Of a stretch of DNA of 64,000 bases, positions 9,432-18,474 are shown piece by piece (positions within the stretch are counted from its first letter, which is position 1; each line of letters starts with the position of its first letter). Under the pieces are notes generated by a model. It saw nothing but the letters and a program-made list of their open reading frames with translations, had not been told where the DNA came from and did not search any database. Source of the DNA: an uncultured Victivallales bacterium (GTDB lineage: Bacteria > Verrucomicrobiota > Kiritimatiellia > UBA8416 > CAYSRM01); contig CAYYVQ010000003.1 of NCBI GenBank assembly GCA_964475205.1, forward strand, positions 13,915 through 77,914. The letters are read 5' to 3'. A program made the position numbers and the translations under genes.

Positions 9432-10439
9432 ATGGGAATGGAAATATTACCTTCAGATTTGGAAAACATGCAGGGCCGCAGTTTTCTCAAACTTGCGGAT
9501 GTGAGCGATGTGGAAATGATGGCGTTGCTTGATCTTGCAGACGCGTTAAAGATCGAAGGTCGCAAGGGCAGAATGCGCCTCGCCGGCCGAAGCGTTGCGA
9601 TGCTGTTTGAAAAAGCGTCCACCCGGACCCGTTGTGCGACTGCCGTGGCAATGGCGTCGGAGGGTGGACACGTGGAATACCTGTCGGGAAAGGAGATTCA
9701 CCTTGGGAAAAAGGAGTCTGTCGCTGATACAGGGCGAGTCCTCGGGAGGATGTTTGACGGTATTATGTTTCGAGGTTTCAAGCAGTCCACGGTTGAAGCA
9801 TTGGCGCGGAGCGCCGGAAAGCCGGTCTGGAACGGATTGACCGACGAATGCCATCCCACGCAGGCGCTGGCCGGGTTGATGACGGTGCGGGAGCATTTTT
9901 CTGAACTTCAGGGTTTGAGGTTTGTCTATGTCGGAGACGGCAGGAATAACGTGGCCTCTTCTTTTATGCTTGGGTGCGCAAAAGCCGGAATGGATTGTTG
10001 TGTGTGCGCTCCGGCGGAGCTGGCTCCAAGAGGAGACGCAGTAAATCAGGCTGCTGAAGTTGCCGAATCAAATGACGCGAGAATCAGTTTTATGGAAGAC
10101 CCCGAGGAAGCCGTTCGGGGCGCAAATGTTATATATACTGATGTATGGGCATCCATGGGCGAGGAAAGCAGGTTGAAAAAACGTATTGAGGTTCTCAGCC
10201 CATACCAGGTTAACATGCGGATGATTCGCCAGACCGGCAACCTGGAGGCCGGACGGGTAGTTTTTCTGCATTGTCTTCCCGCTTATCATGACAACAACAC
10301 AGATGTTACAAAGGAGCTTGGCGCGCTGGAAGTGACTGACGAAGTTTTTGAGTCAGCTTTTTCAAAAGTGTTTGATGAGGCTGAAAACCGGCTTCACACG
10401 ATAAAAGCATTGATGCTGGCAAGTATTTGCAGGGATTAA
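9432..10439 (+). CDS. argF: Ornithine carbamoyltransferase
   Basis: FEKASTRTR, HPTQ, GDGRNNV, DVWASMG, FLHCLP, AENR. Confidence 0.93.
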   Translation: MGMEILPSDLENMQGRSFLKLADVSDVEMMALLDLADALKIEGRKGRMRLAGRSVAMLFEKASTRTRCATAVAMASEGGHVEYLSGKEIHLGKKESVADTGRVLGRMFDGIMFRGFKQSTVEALARSAGKPVWNGLTDECHPTQALAGLMTVREHFSELQGLRFVYVGDGRNNVASSFMLGCAKAGMDCCVCAPAELAPRGDAVNQAAEVAESNDARISFMEDPEEAVRGANVIYTDVWASMGEESRLKKRIEVLSPYQVNMRMIRQTGNLEAGRVVFLHCLPAYHDNNTDVTKELGALEVTDEVFESAFSKVFDEAENRLHTIKALMLASICRD

Positions 10440-10456
10440 GAGAATCGGGGGGCGTG

Positions 10457-10493
10457 TCCGCGCAGCAGGAATTCTGTGAGAAATGCGGGTTAA
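10457..10493. repeat. Partial end of MITE family B
   Basis: cgcagcaggaattctgtgagaaatgcgggttaa matches the reverse complement of 24496-24530. Confidence 0.75.
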
Positions 10494-10554
10494 AGGCCCC
10501 GGACATCAGGGGTAGAAAGGTAGTGTCAAAAGTTTAATGAAGAGTAATGAAAGC

Positions 10555-10727
10555 TGTGTGTGGGTATGTGAGTGTGTGGGTGAATAGGAGTTGGCATGGT
10601 TAAGCATTTCAGGGAACTGAGGGTATACCGAGAGGCGTTTGACGCGGCCATGCGGATCTTCGAATGCTCAAAGGAGTGGCCGAAAGAACCTCACATACTC
10701 ACGCACTCACATACCCACACACCCATA
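10555..10727. repeat. Inverted pair of 8-nt tandem arrays flanking a gene fragment
   Basis: Left array tgtgtggg-tatgtgag-tgtgtggg (10555-10582); right array ctcacata-ctcacgca-ctcacata-cccacaca-cccata (10690-10727). Confidence 0.85.
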
Positions 10728-10769
10728 AACGTGGGGGAGAATAACCAATCCGCTACAAGTCTTTTATGA
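10596..10769 (+). pseudogene. Truncated four-helix-bundle protein (TIGR02436 / 23S rRNA IVP family), N-terminal 31 codons only
   Basis: AGGAG RBS then MVKHFRELRVYREAFDAAMRIFECSKEWPKE, matching the family N-terminus F-x-[DE]-L-x-V-[YW]...[FW]P-x-E. The frame then runs into the octamer array (PHILTHSHTHTP...) and stops at 10769. Confidence 0.8.
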
Positions 10770-10837
10770 AAAGCAGGTTAACCCAGCAAATAAAGTAGAA
10801 AACTTGACAGAACGCCCTTGCGGAACAGGAGGTTCGG

Positions 10838-11905
10838 ATGAAGAGCTTGCGCGATATAGCCTGGGAAGAATTTAAAGATCTGGATCTTGAAGAAAAGGCG
10901 GAGTACTTTACGATAGACAGTCGCCCCTACCACACGTTGATTGCACAACAGTTTGACAGGCGCCAGCTCGACAGTTTCGGGAAGCTCGCCACAAAAATAA
11001 GATTTATTGCCAAGGATAGGGCGGGCATGCATTTTCTGCAGTCTCTTCTGTCTGACAAGAGAGTAATGCTTTATTTTACCCAGCCAAGCACACGAACCTT
11101 TCTGTCTTTTTGTGCTGCCGGCCAGATATTGGGGATGCGGACAGGCGAAGTTCGGGACACCGCTACCTCCAGTGAATTTAAAGGTGAATCAAATGAAGAT
11201 TCTGTCAGAACATTCAGTTCCTACTTTGATATGATTGTGCTGCGCAGTCCAGTGGGCGGGCTGGCCGAGAGGATGGCCTGGGTTTTAACCAATTCAGACC
11301 GACCGGTGCCTATTATCAATGCCGGTTCGGGCCGGGATCAGCATCCCACGCAGGCATTACTCGATATCTATACCCTTCAACGGAGCTTTGAGAACAGTGG
11401 CGGGATAGAAGGCAAGAAGATCGTATTTGTCGGCGACCTTGCACGCGGCCGGACCGTGAGATCGCTCTCTCTGCTGTTGCTGAAATATCCCGGAGTTAAA
11501 CAGTGTTTTGTTTCACCTGAAAAACTCCAGATTGGGGCGGACATCCTGGGCATTCTTAAAGGGCACGGTGCCAGCTATGAAGTGTCGAATGATTTTGAAT
11601 CCCATATTGGTTCGGCAGATGCCATATATATGACCCGTCTTCAGGATGAGTGGGATAAGCAGAGTGGAGACAGCGACAAGATTGATATTTCCAGTTTTTC
11701 GTTTACCTGCGGCCATCTGGCAAAACTTAAAGACAGCGCTATTCTGATGCACCCGTTTCCGCGCAGGGAAGAGATTGCCCCGGAAGTTGACCAGGATCCG
11801 CGCGCGGTTTACTGGCGCCAGATGCGCAATGGCATGTGGATTCGATCGGCTCTTATAGCGACCGTTTTCGATATTGATGAACAAATAATGGATTTTGAAT
11901 GCTGA
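10838..11905 (+). CDS. pyrB: Aspartate carbamoyltransferase catalytic subunit
   Basis: PSTRT, KGES, INAGSG..QHPTQ, GDLARGRTVRS, MTRLQ, MHPFPR. Confidence 0.92.
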   Translation: MKSLRDIAWEEFKDLDLEEKAEYFTIDSRPYHTLIAQQFDRRQLDSFGKLATKIRFIAKDRAGMHFLQSLLSDKRVMLYFTQPSTRTFLSFCAAGQILGMRTGEVRDTATSSEFKGESNEDSVRTFSSYFDMIVLRSPVGGLAERMAWVLTNSDRPVPIINAGSGRDQHPTQALLDIYTLQRSFENSGGIEGKKIVFVGDLARGRTVRSLSLLLLKYPGVKQCFVSPEKLQIGADILGILKGHGASYEVSNDFESHIGSADAIYMTRLQDEWDKQSGDSDKIDISSFSFTCGHLAKLKDSAILMHPFPRREEIAPEVDQDPRAVYWRQMRNGMWIRSALIATVFDIDEQIMDFEC

Positions 11906-13371
11906 TGGAGAACTGTTGTCTGATGCGGAAAAATTACTCTGTCGTGATTTTGATTTGTTGTGCTTTCTGTGCTCTGCGGGCACAACCTCGGGCTACTGCC
12001 TCTTACGGAAATTCGGCCGATGTAGATCTGGCTCCTCTTTTTCTGTCTGATCAGGCTGTCACGGGAGCCGAACGGGTACGTGCTATCGGACCGGTATTGG
12101 AATGGCAGCGGGTCGGAAGCGGCATCCTTAAAACCGAAAATGATATTTTCAGAGGTCCGGACCGCAAGTATTTCGGAATTCGTCCTTTTGTAAGTTCAGT
12201 CACCGTCGGAGAAGGCGATAAGCAACTGCTTGACCTCTTGTGGCCCCTGGCGTCATGGCGGCGTGACATGAATGAGACAAGTTGGCGATTTGTTACAGCG
12301 TTTGGCCGCAACAGTGATGTCAGCGATCCTGGTTCGAAATACAATTTCATGGTTTTTCCTGTAATATTTGCCGGCAGAAGCGAAGAAAGCAGGCCGTATT
12401 TTGCGTTGTTCCCTGTGGGTGGTAAAATTCGAGATGCTCTGGCGCATGACAAAATTATCTTTGTTCTATTCCCCTTGTATTTGTATCTGGAGCAGGGCGA
12501 GAAGGAAGCCCACAATTTTCTCTGGCCGCTCATATCAAGGCGCAAGGGCGGCGGAGTCGATGCGCTCAGGGTGTTTCCATTTTATATGCATTCGGATAAG
12601 GCGGGGCAATGGGAGAAGACTTCTGTGCTATGGCCTTTCTGGAATACGGTAAGATACAAGTACGAGCATGAAAAAGGCGGCGGATTCATATTTTTTCCTT
12701 TTTTCGGCCGGGTATCCACGGGCAGGCAGACAACCAGCTGGATTCTTCCACCGTTTTTCAAATGGGCTGAATCGGATGACGGCAGGCAGATCCACATGCC
12801 ATGGCCCTTTGTTCAATATGCTTCAGGAAAGACCGAAAGATTGTATCTATGGCCGCTGTGGGGCAGCAAAAAGGCCGGCGAAAGAGAATCAGGTTTTGCC
12901 TTGTGGCCGATCATTCATTTCAGTAAGACCAGGCAAGTGGACGAAGTTACCCGTAATTTCAAGGTGTTGCCTGTGTTTTATTACGGGGACCATGTAGTGG
13001 AATCTGATAACTTACGCGGTGATGCCGGACAGGATGGCCGACGCAAGACCTTGTCGAAGTACATCAAGATCTGGCCGCTGGGATTTTATCGCCGCAACGG
13101 AAATCAGCATTTGCTTCGGATTCTATCGCTTTGGCCTGCCAAACAGAGTCCGCCGATAGAGAGAAACCTGGCGCCAATATGGTCTTTGTTTACTTCAAAG
13201 CGACTAGGTGATTGCAGGGAAGACGAGCTTTTATGGGGGCTTATTTCCAGGGAACGTAACGGGGCCTCCTATAAAAAATGGTCTTGGCTGATGGGTTTAG
13301 TTCAATATAAAAGGGAGTCAGGACATAAGCAACTGCGTCTTTTACATTTTTTAAAATGTGATTGGAAATGA
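11899..13371 (+). CDS. Exported protein with many aromatic W/F-P beta-hairpin repeats
   Basis: Signal-peptide-like N-terminus; recurring LWPL/LFPL/FFPF/PWPF motifs; directly upstream of mlaE. Confidence 0.75.
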   Translation: MLMENCCLMRKNYSVVILICCAFCALRAQPRATASYGNSADVDLAPLFLSDQAVTGAERVRAIGPVLEWQRVGSGILKTENDIFRGPDRKYFGIRPFVSSVTVGEGDKQLLDLLWPLASWRRDMNETSWRFVTAFGRNSDVSDPGSKYNFMVFPVIFAGRSEESRPYFALFPVGGKIRDALAHDKIIFVLFPLYLYLEQGEKEAHNFLWPLISRRKGGGVDALRVFPFYMHSDKAGQWEKTSVLWPFWNTVRYKYEHEKGGGFIFFPFFGRVSTGRQTTSWILPPFFKWAESDDGRQIHMPWPFVQYASGKTERLYLWPLWGSKKAGERESGFALWPIIHFSKTRQVDEVTRNFKVLPVFYYGDHVVESDNLRGDAGQDGRRKTLSKYIKIWPLGFYRRNGNQHLLRILSLWPAKQSPPIERNLAPIWSLFTSKRLGDCREDELLWGLISRERNGASYKKWSWLMGLVQYKRESGHKQLRLLHFLKCDWK

Positions 13372-13387
13372 CTTATAAGGCAAAAAT

Positions 13388-14197
13388 ATGATAACACGAG
13401 AGCCTGAGTATTATCCCCCTGCAAAGAATGTATTGGGAGTTATAGGGCGCTGGGCCATTTTCGGTATTCGTGAAATTGGTCGGGGCGGCCTGCTGCTTGG
13501 CGCTGCGGTGATCAATATACGTTTTCTTTTCACCCCGCGGTCCTGGCGTGAAACAGTGGGACAAATGTTTGTTTACGGGATTAAGAGTCTCGGGGTTATA
13601 ACCGTAGTGGCGGTATTTACCGGAATGATCCTCGCGTTACAGACGGGATTGGAACTTCAGCGCTTCAACCAGGAGGCCAACATTGGAACCGCCGTAATGG
13701 TCTCGATGCTTCGCGAGATGGGGCCGTTCATGACCGGTTTGATACTGGCTGCATGCGTCGGGTCGTCCATGGCGGCTCAGCTTGGCACCATGGTTGTTTC
13801 CGAGGAAATAGCAGCCCTCGAGGTCATGTCTATAGACCCGGTAAGGTTTCTTGTCATGCCGCGTCTTGTAGCAATGTGTGTCATGACTCCTGCTCTAGCT
13901 TTTTTCACTTGCATTATGGGTGTTTTGGGAGGAGGGATAGTCGGGGAGACTCAGCTTGGTGTTTCCTGGGCGGCGTATATAGACAACGCCACGACTTTTG
14001 CTCATAAGAAGGACCTTTATGTCGGACTTTTTAAAGCTTTTCTCTTTGGCATTATAATTACAACAGTTTCATGCCATGCGGGACTTGCAACTACGAAGGG
14101 AGCCGTGGGCGTTGGTCTGGCCACGCGGAAATCAGTTATTGCAAGCTTTCTTCTTATATTGATTGTTGGATATTTTGTTACGAGGCTTTTCTATTGA
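13388..14197 (+). CDS. mlaE: MlaE family ABC permease
   Basis: LREMGP, AQLGTM..EEIAALEVM.IDP..FLVMPR, GVGLAT. Confidence 0.94.
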   Translation: MITREPEYYPPAKNVLGVIGRWAIFGIREIGRGGLLLGAAVINIRFLFTPRSWRETVGQMFVYGIKSLGVITVVAVFTGMILALQTGLELQRFNQEANIGTAVMVSMLREMGPFMTGLILAACVGSSMAAQLGTMVVSEEIAALEVMSIDPVRFLVMPRLVAMCVMTPALAFFTCIMGVLGGGIVGETQLGVSWAAYIDNATTFAHKKDLYVGLFKAFLFGIIITTVSCHAGLATTKGAVGVGLATRKSVIASFLLILIVGYFVTRLFY

Positions 14198-14221
14198 TTG
14201 CTCTTTAATCGGACGTGGGAA

Positions 14222-14977
14222 ATGATTGAATTCAGAAACGTGAGAAAAAATCTTATGGGCAAGCCAGTCCTGCAAGACCTGAATTTCAAGGTGCTAGAAG
14301 GCGAGACTTTCTGTATCGTCGGGTCTTCAGGATCGGGGAAGAGTGTGACACTTAAACATATGGTCAGACTTATGACTCCTGACGCAGGCGAAGTGTACGC
14401 AAAAGGCAAGGCGCTCAGCGCGTTGAGCGGAACTGAGATGGAAAAAGTGCGGGAGATGTTCGGCTATCTTTTCCAGGGCGCTGCGCTGCTGGCCTGGCTT
14501 ACAGTGGGAGAGAATGTTGCGCTTCCGCTTCGTGAGAAAACCGATATGTCGGAAGACGAGATTCAGTCGCGGGTTCACAGCAGGCTGGCTATGGTCGGAC
14601 TTGAGGATGCAGTCGACAAGCAACCTTCGGAAATATCCGGCGGGATGCAGAAACGGGCCGGATTGGCTCGAGCGCTTGTGAGGGATCCGGATATTGTTTT
14701 GTATGATGAACCTACATCAGGGCTTGATCCTGTGACGTCGCGAACGATAGACAGGCTGATTGAACAGATGAGAACCGACATGGGCATAACCAGCGTGGTT
14801 GTGACGCATGATTTGCACAGCGCCTTGTCTATTGGTTCGAGGATAGCCATGCTTCACGGCGGAAATTTTGTTGAAGTTGCAAAACCGGAAAATTTTGTTG
14901 AGTCAGAAAACGAGCAGGTCAAAAGCTTTATGGAGTCTCAATATATTACTAAAACGGGTTCCTGGGAAAGGACGTAG
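14222..14977 (+). CDS. mlaF: MlaF family ABC ATPase
   Basis: GSSGSGKS, ISGGMQKR, LYDEPTSGLDP, VTHD; ATG at 14222. Confidence 0.93.
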   Translation: MIEFRNVRKNLMGKPVLQDLNFKVLEGETFCIVGSSGSGKSVTLKHMVRLMTPDAGEVYAKGKALSALSGTEMEKVREMFGYLFQGAALLAWLTVGENVALPLREKTDMSEDEIQSRVHSRLAMVGLEDAVDKQPSEISGGMQKRAGLARALVRDPDIVLYDEPTSGLDPVTSRTIDRLIEQMRTDMGITSVVVTHDLHSALSIGSRIAMLHGGNFVEVAKPENFVESENEQVKSFMESQYITKTGSWERT

Positions 14978-14979
14978 CA

Positions 14980-15978
14980 ATGAAAAAAGACTGGGTTGCC
15001 AGGGAATTGACAATAGAGGTGATAGTAGGGGTCTTTATTGTAATGATTCTGCTTGGTATGAGCTATTTCACGATAATTATTGGAAAGCATAAGTTCTTTC
15101 AGCGCACTTACTTTGTCGAGGTGGTTTTTCAGGATGTGATGGGCCTGAAAGAGGGAGACAGGGTGGTGGTCCGTGGAATGCCTGTGGGGAAAGTACGGGA
15201 GCTTAGCCTCAAAAACAACGGAGTCCATGTGCTTGCCGAACTTGAGGAGCAAATAGATCTCAGGAGTGATTACGTAATTTCGATAGTGACTTCATCCGTG
15301 CTTGGAGGAAGGCACTTGAGCATTTATGAAGGTTCAAACGAAGGCGATGACATATGTGAGGACAGAATTCTGATAGGTCAGGAACCGTACGATATGATGA
15401 CGGATGCGGCCGAATTGATGAGCGCGCTAAGAGAAAATCTGGCTGAGGAAGGCGGGGTTGTTGACAACCTCAAGAGCGCTGTAGCCCGGATGAACGAGGT
15501 TATGACCCGCATTAGCGAAGGCGAGGGAGCTTTGGGCAAGTTGGTTGCTCCTGACAGCGCTATATATGAGGATCTCAGTTCAACGATTGCTTCATTGCGG
15601 GAATTTACAAAAAAAATGGAATCCGGAGAAGGCACGCTTGGCAAGCTTTTCACCGAAGATGACCTGTATAATGACCTGGGTTCTCTGGCATCAAGGGTTG
15701 ATAACATTGTCGGCAAAGTTGAACAGGGCAAGGGTAATGTGGGCATGCTGATGAACAGGGATGACCTTTACACAAATCTTGTTGCTACAGTCAATTCGAC
15801 CAGGGAGATCATGGATCGTATAAAGAAAGGCGAAGGCATGATCGGCAGACTTATTAATGACGAGGAACTCTACGTAGAAATAAAGCGCACAGTTCAGGAA
15901 GTTCGCACGGCGGTGGAGGATATTCGCGAAACAACTCCGATTGTGACTTTTACCAGTGTTTTCTTCGGAGCATTCTGA
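14980..15978 (+). CDS. mlaD: MlaD/MCE family protein with long helical tail
   Basis: N-terminal TM, MCE domain (GLKEGDRV..RGMPVGKV, SVLGGRH), repeated GEG(T/A/M)(L/I)G(K/R)L units. Confidence 0.9.
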   Translation: MKKDWVARELTIEVIVGVFIVMILLGMSYFTIIIGKHKFFQRTYFVEVVFQDVMGLKEGDRVVVRGMPVGKVRELSLKNNGVHVLAELEEQIDLRSDYVISIVTSSVLGGRHLSIYEGSNEGDDICEDRILIGQEPYDMMTDAAELMSALRENLAEEGGVVDNLKSAVARMNEVMTRISEGEGALGKLVAPDSAIYEDLSSTIASLREFTKKMESGEGTLGKLFTEDDLYNDLGSLASRVDNIVGKVEQGKGNVGMLMNRDDLYTNLVATVNSTREIMDRIKKGEGMIGRLINDEELYVEIKRTVQEVRTAVEDIRETTPIVTFTSVFFGAF

Positions 15979-16062
15979 GCTGAATGATTCACAAAAAGGG
16001 AAATTTACCACAGAATGATAAAATCAGTGTTATTGCTGGGAAAGGACACTAACAACCGGATT

Positions 16063-16185
16063 TTAGCCCTCATATCTCACGGAATTTCTTAGCAGCCGGT
16101 CCGCCATCTGGCGTTTTGTCACTTCGCGGCCTCGCAGTGGCGCTATCCGCGCTCGCAGCAGGAATTCTGTGAGATAGGCGGATTA
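16063..16185. mobile_element. MITE family B, internally deleted copy
   Basis: Ends ttagccctcatatctcacggaatt ... gctatccgcgctcgcagcaggaattctgtgagataggcggatta; inverted relative to 24496-24678. Confidence 0.75.
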
Positions 16186-16188
16186 TCC

Positions 16189-16274
16189 CATCTTCGTCCC
16201 GATCCTTGTCTCGATCATTATCGACAAAGATCGGGACAAAGATCGTGATAAGGATAAAGAGAATCAAGATCGGG
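16189..16274. repeat. Inverted 12-nt tandem array (imperfect hairpin)
   Basis: atcttcgtcccg-atccttgtctcg-atcattatcg | acaaagatcggg-acaaagatcgtg-ataaggat. Confidence 0.7.
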
Positions 16275-16343
16275 CAAACCGGTTTTGGTCTGCAATGGCT
16301 GTGCTATGGAACGTTTATGCCTGAGGAGTGTGAGAAATGCGGG

Positions 16344-17828
16344 TCAGGACCGGTAATTCGGAGCTTCCTTCATTATCTTAACGTTATGCGGATGTGCTTC
16401 GCTCAGGCCGGCAAGAGAAACGCGCACCATGTGTGCTTTCTCTTGTAGTTCGCTTATGCTGCGGCAACCGCAGTAACCAAGTGAAGAGCGCAGTCCTCCA
16501 CAGAACTGGGTCAGAACTTTTTCAACGCTCCCGGAGTACGGAACCATGCCTTCGATTCCCTGCGGAACCAGCTCGCTCTCCTGAATTTCCTGCTGCTGGT
16601 AGCGTTCGCGGCTTCCCGATCCTTCGCGCAACGCTGCGAGGCTTCCCATGCCGCGGTAAATTACATATTGCCTTCCCTGGTGAATGATCTTTTCGCCTGG
16701 ACTTTCTTCGGTGCCGGCAAGCACAGAGCCCATCATGACTGTATCGGCTCCTACCGCAAAGGCTTTTGGCGCATCGCCGGAGTGTCGTATCCCGCCGTCG
16801 GATATGACAGGAATGCTTCCCTTAAGCGCCGTTGAGCATGCATGGACTGCAGTGACCTGCGGAATGCCGACCCCGCACACTACACGGGTCGTGCAGATTG
16901 AGCCCGGCCCAATGCCGACCTTAACGCCATGGGCTCCTGCGTCGCGCATTGCGACTGCGCCTTCGGAGGTAGCTACGTTGCCTGCAATAATGTCTATATC
17001 CGGATAGTTTTTTGCAACCCAACGGATCATCTCAATAACGCCAAGGGTATGGCCGTGGGCCGTGTCTATTACGACAACGTCCGTGTCTTCATCCGCGAGC
17101 GCTTCTACCCGCTCATAGTCGCCCGGGCTGACTGCGGCCCCCGATCTTAGCCTATGATGCGAATCTCTGTTGTATAAAGGATGCGAGTTTTCCACGAGCG
17201 CGCTTACGTCCGAAAAACTGTACAAACCGACCAGTTTGCCCTTCTTTACGAGCGGAAGTTTGCCGATTTTATTCTGAAGCATGATTTCATACGCCTGCTG
17301 CAGATTGGTGTCGAGGTTGCCTGTAATTACTTTTTTTGTCATTACGTCAGATACCGGCGCTGCGCGGTCCCGGGCAAATTTTATGTCCGTAGCAGTAAGA
17401 AGTCCTGCCAGGTTGCCTTTCTTGTCAACAATCGGAAATCCGCTGAAAGAGTAGCCCTTCTTTTCCCGTGTTTCGGCAACAGTTTGCAGCGTGTCGCTAT
17501 CCTCGAAGACAACAGGATCCCTGATAAGTCCGTGCATGTGATGCTTGACTGCGGCAATCTGTTTGCACTGCTCTTTGCAGGACATGTTCTTATGAATAAT
17601 GCCTATGCCGCCGAGAAGGGCCATGACAATAGCTGTCCGGGTTTCAGTAACAGTGTCCATCGCAGCGCTGACAAAGGGTATATTCACGTTTATTCGTGTC
17701 GTCAGGCGGCTGCTGATCTCTGTCTCGTGGGGCAGAAAATCCGCATAACGGGTAACCAGGGAAATGTCATCGAATGTTAGCCCCTCATTTTCGAAGCGCG
17801 CCATCAAAGAATCAACAAAATCATTCAT
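16344..17828 (-). CDS. guaB: IMP dehydrogenase
   Basis: [12 protein letters not shown] pair, [23 protein letters not shown]. Confidence 0.97.
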   Translation of the reverse strand: MNDFVDSLMARFENEGLTFDDISLVTRYADFLPHETEISSRLTTRINVNIPFVSAAMDTVTETRTAIVMALLGGIGIIHKNMSCKEQCKQIAAVKHHMHGLIRDPVVFEDSDTLQTVAETREKKGYSFSGFPIVDKKGNLAGLLTATDIKFARDRAAPVSDVMTKKVITGNLDTNLQQAYEIMLQNKIGKLPLVKKGKLVGLYSFSDVSALVENSHPLYNRDSHHRLRSGAAVSPGDYERVEALADEDTDVVVIDTAHGHTLGVIEMIRWVAKNYPDIDIIAGNVATSEGAVAMRDAGAHGVKVGIGPGSICTTRVVCGVGIPQVTAVHACSTALKGSIPVISDGGIRHSGDAPKAFAVGADTVMMGSVLAGTEESPGEKIIHQGRQYVIYRGMGSLAALREGSGSRERYQQQEIQESELVPQGIEGMVPYSGSVEKVLTQFCGGLRSSLGYCGCRSISELQEKAHMVRVSLAGLSEAHPHNVKIMKEAPNYRS

Positions 17829-17855
17829 AATGCCATGGTTTCCTTCTTTTTCTGT

Positions 17856-18036
17856 CTAGCCTGATCTATTCATAAAAATCTATTACGAGTGTTCATGTCA
17901 CTTCATCTCAACGACTTTGCTGGCCAGCCGATCTTGACGTATGTTCATACGCCTTCACCCGGCTATCTGCGCAAAGCCATTGATCTAAAGCGGGCTGCGC
18001 ACTCTCATTACGAAGTTTACGCATAGATCAGGCTAG
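17856..18036. mobile_element. MITE family A (181 bp)
   Basis: 14-bp terminal inverted repeats ctagcctgatctat / atagatcaggctag; no ORF inside. Confidence 0.8.
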
Positions 18037-18171
18037 AGAGCATGCTTTCTGTTGTGAATCGGCCACTCATTTGTTCTCTTTCCCAAGGATTTTTGCCTTG
18101 TTTGGCTGTTCGCGTCAAGAAGTAATTGGCCGTTGAAGAATGTTGTATCCGCGAGAGTCCTCACCTTTATA

Positions 18172-18228
18172 AACTCACGCACTCACATACCCACACACAG
18201 GACGCGCCGGAAAGTCATACGCTTTGAA
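18172..18228. repeat. 8-nt array plus degenerate internal segment of family C
   Basis: ctcacgca-ctcacata-cccacaca followed by caggacgcgcc...catacgctttgaa, similar to 24992-25046 and 55155-55191. Confidence 0.7.
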
Positions 18229-18390
18229 CGGCGGCGGGTATTCTCTTGAGGCATGCAGCCGGCGCATCTTATAATTCAAGTATATGTAATCTTGGATGCC
18301 GTTGAAAAACCGATAAGTTCTGTGTGTTCATATAAAGCCATAGACAGGATGGGAAGGCTGATTGCGTAGAGGCGGCAAAGGTGGAAGGGA

Positions 18391-18474
18391 GAATATCCAA
18401 TATCCAAGACGGAATATCCAATGATTAAGTGACATGCACACTCGTAGTAGATTTTTATGAATAGATCAGGTTAG
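18391..18474. repeat. 7-nt (aatatcc) array joined to an inverted family A end abutting a start codon
   Basis: gaatatccaatatccaagacggaatatccaatg; 18424-18474 is close to the reverse complement of 17856-17908. Confidence 0.75.

Noticed and set aside
10555-10727. CRISPR array
   Set aside because: Units are 8 nt and contiguous, with no unique spacers; no cas genes are present.
10596-10769. Diversity-generating retroelement (avd-like gene)
   Set aside because: No reverse transcriptase and no TR/VR pair differing at adenines were seen in the window.
16070-16267. 65-aa ORF containing DNDRDKDRDED
   Set aside because: It is a translation of the 12-nt array and MITE-B.
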